NCBI RefSeq assembly: GCF_964213995.1
Contig: NC_135812.1
Coordinates: 43,586,001 to 43,650,000, forward strand
Origin: Mustelus asterias
Lineage: Eukaryota
Reading direction: 5' to 3'
DNA: 64,000 nucleotides
The position numbers and the translations under genes are program-made. Position 1 is the first letter of the stretch, and every line of letters starts with the position of its first letter. The notes under the pieces were generated by a model that searched no databases, was not told the origin of the DNA, and saw only the letters and a list, made by a program, of their open reading frames with translations. Positions 62,409 to 64,000 of this stretch are shown here, piece after piece.

Positions 62409-64000
62409 CCCACATACTAGAGGAGGATTTGGAACAAATTGATGAGTTAACTGCACAAATGTCACTTAGCCCAGATTGCAAGAGCCTGAGCTGTTGAATG
62501 AAATCTAAGGGCAGTAGCAGAGGCTATGGCCTCATTCTTTTGCCATGTGCCTGAAGAGTAGTTGGTGAAGGGAAAGATAACCTTGTAACTAAATATAATT
62601 AGCCATTAGCAAACAGGCAAGTCATATTTGACAACATTCATTTTTTTACATACATGTGACTAGATAGATGAAGGCGGTACACTTTTTGAAGGTAGCAGGA
62701 CAGGTTGAAAAAGTGATTAAAAAGACATATAGGATACTGAGATTTATAAATAGAGGCATGGGAGTGGGGTGGTTTCCGCTCTTCCATGTTGACCAAGGCT
62801 CTGCTGCTCGTTCTATTTGGTCAACACAAACTCCGAATTCATTCAATCAAAATCAATCTTTTATTTGACAAAACACAAGTGACTTTCTCCTGTTCTAATC
62901 TTCTACGATCTATTTCCCAAAATAAGCACTGCTTATCTTCCTGAGTAAGATCAGTGAATTAAGTCCGAGTCACGTTGGCCAGGTATTAACCAATGCTGCA
63001 GTCTCTAAGCTCACAGCCTTCGGGGCTTTAGGTTCGGGTTTCTCCTTTCTTCTTCTTGCGACGGTTGGCCTCAGGTTGCCGCTGCCAGTGTTTTGTTTGC
63101 CATATATTTATACCATATTTCTCAAGGAGCTGTGTGAGTCAGTACCTACATTCCTGCATTTAGCAAACCACCAGACAAATCCTATTGTTTCAGCAGCTAC
63201 AATCTCATAATTCCAGTTAATCAGGTTATCTCCTGGGGTTTTACCTCATCTGACAAGATCTTCTTACTTCAGTTAATTAAGTTATCTTCCGCTGTTGGGC
63301 CTGTAGCTTTTATGCCCGTATTTGTTTAGAGTCACTCGACTCCTCAGAATTGGCCACTTTGGCAGTGGCACCCCAAACAGTCTGCAGCAGGCTTCACCAG
63401 CAAGCTGATGGAATATTCTGTGGGAATGAAGAAAAAAAGGAATGAGAATATACGTGTCATGTGATGGCACTCAACAGTGTGGAGGAACAGAAATACCTTG
63501 GCAAAATCAAGTGGAAAAAGCCACTAAAAAGCCCAATTGAGTTTTGGGTTTTGCAAATAGTGTCATCGTAGATAATAATGAATTGATACAAAATGTTGAC
63601 TAGATTAGGATTGGATTCCTATTGTGTAAAAGGACATTACAGGTGTAGAGGTTGAACAGTTTATTTTCACAGGAGGATTTGAGGGAGGGGAAACTATAGT
63701 TCTGGGGAGAAATTTGAAATACTGGGACTATTTCCAGTTGATTAAAGACGAAGAAGATGTTTGATAGAAGTTTAAAAATTCTTGAGAATTTTGTAGCATG
63801 TATAAAAAAAGACGACTTTCTCTGGTTGAGAAGTTGGTGACACAGGTATTCATTCTAAAATGATCACTCAGAGGATGCAGAAGGAAGTTTGGAGAAATGT
63901 TACAGAGCGGGTTGCTTGACAGAGGCATTGAGATAGATGCCATTATGGGAAGAGAGAAGGGTGTACTTTGTTTCAACAAAGAGCCAGTGCAAATATGATG

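Overview
Eukaryotic genomic DNA, very likely from a shark (elasmobranch), judged from HE1-type SINEs, CR1 LINEs and Deu-type SINEs. It holds three spliced genes. DTX2 (minus strand) has two WWE-coding exons at 29259-29583 and 12230-12791, and its RING/C-terminal exons lie left of the window. ALKBH4 (minus, 3 exons, about 323 aa) is complete. LRWD1/ORCA (plus, 6 exons) is head-to-head with ALKBH4, and its WD40 exons lie right of the window. The rest is mostly retroelements: a full-length but dead CR1 (33908-38443), many 5'-truncated CR1s, SINEs, a solo LTR and a TA-flanked MITE. The most notable unannotated signal is a set of Penelope-like-element (PLE) derivatives. One is a GIY-YIG-coding remnant; the others are short fold-back (palindromic) insertions with 10-13 bp target duplications. 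Their arms carry minimal type-I hammerhead ribozyme motifs (CUGANGA...GAAA, with a palindromic rudimentary helix III), in three distinct sequence families. Other signals are a tandem-repeat array of NRF1-like sites in the ALKBH4/LRWD1 bidirectional promoter, paired ZNF143 motifs at the DTX2 promoter, and exact short local duplications that look like templated repair insertions. All calls come from reading the sequence by eye; repeat boundaries are approximate and no database searches were run.
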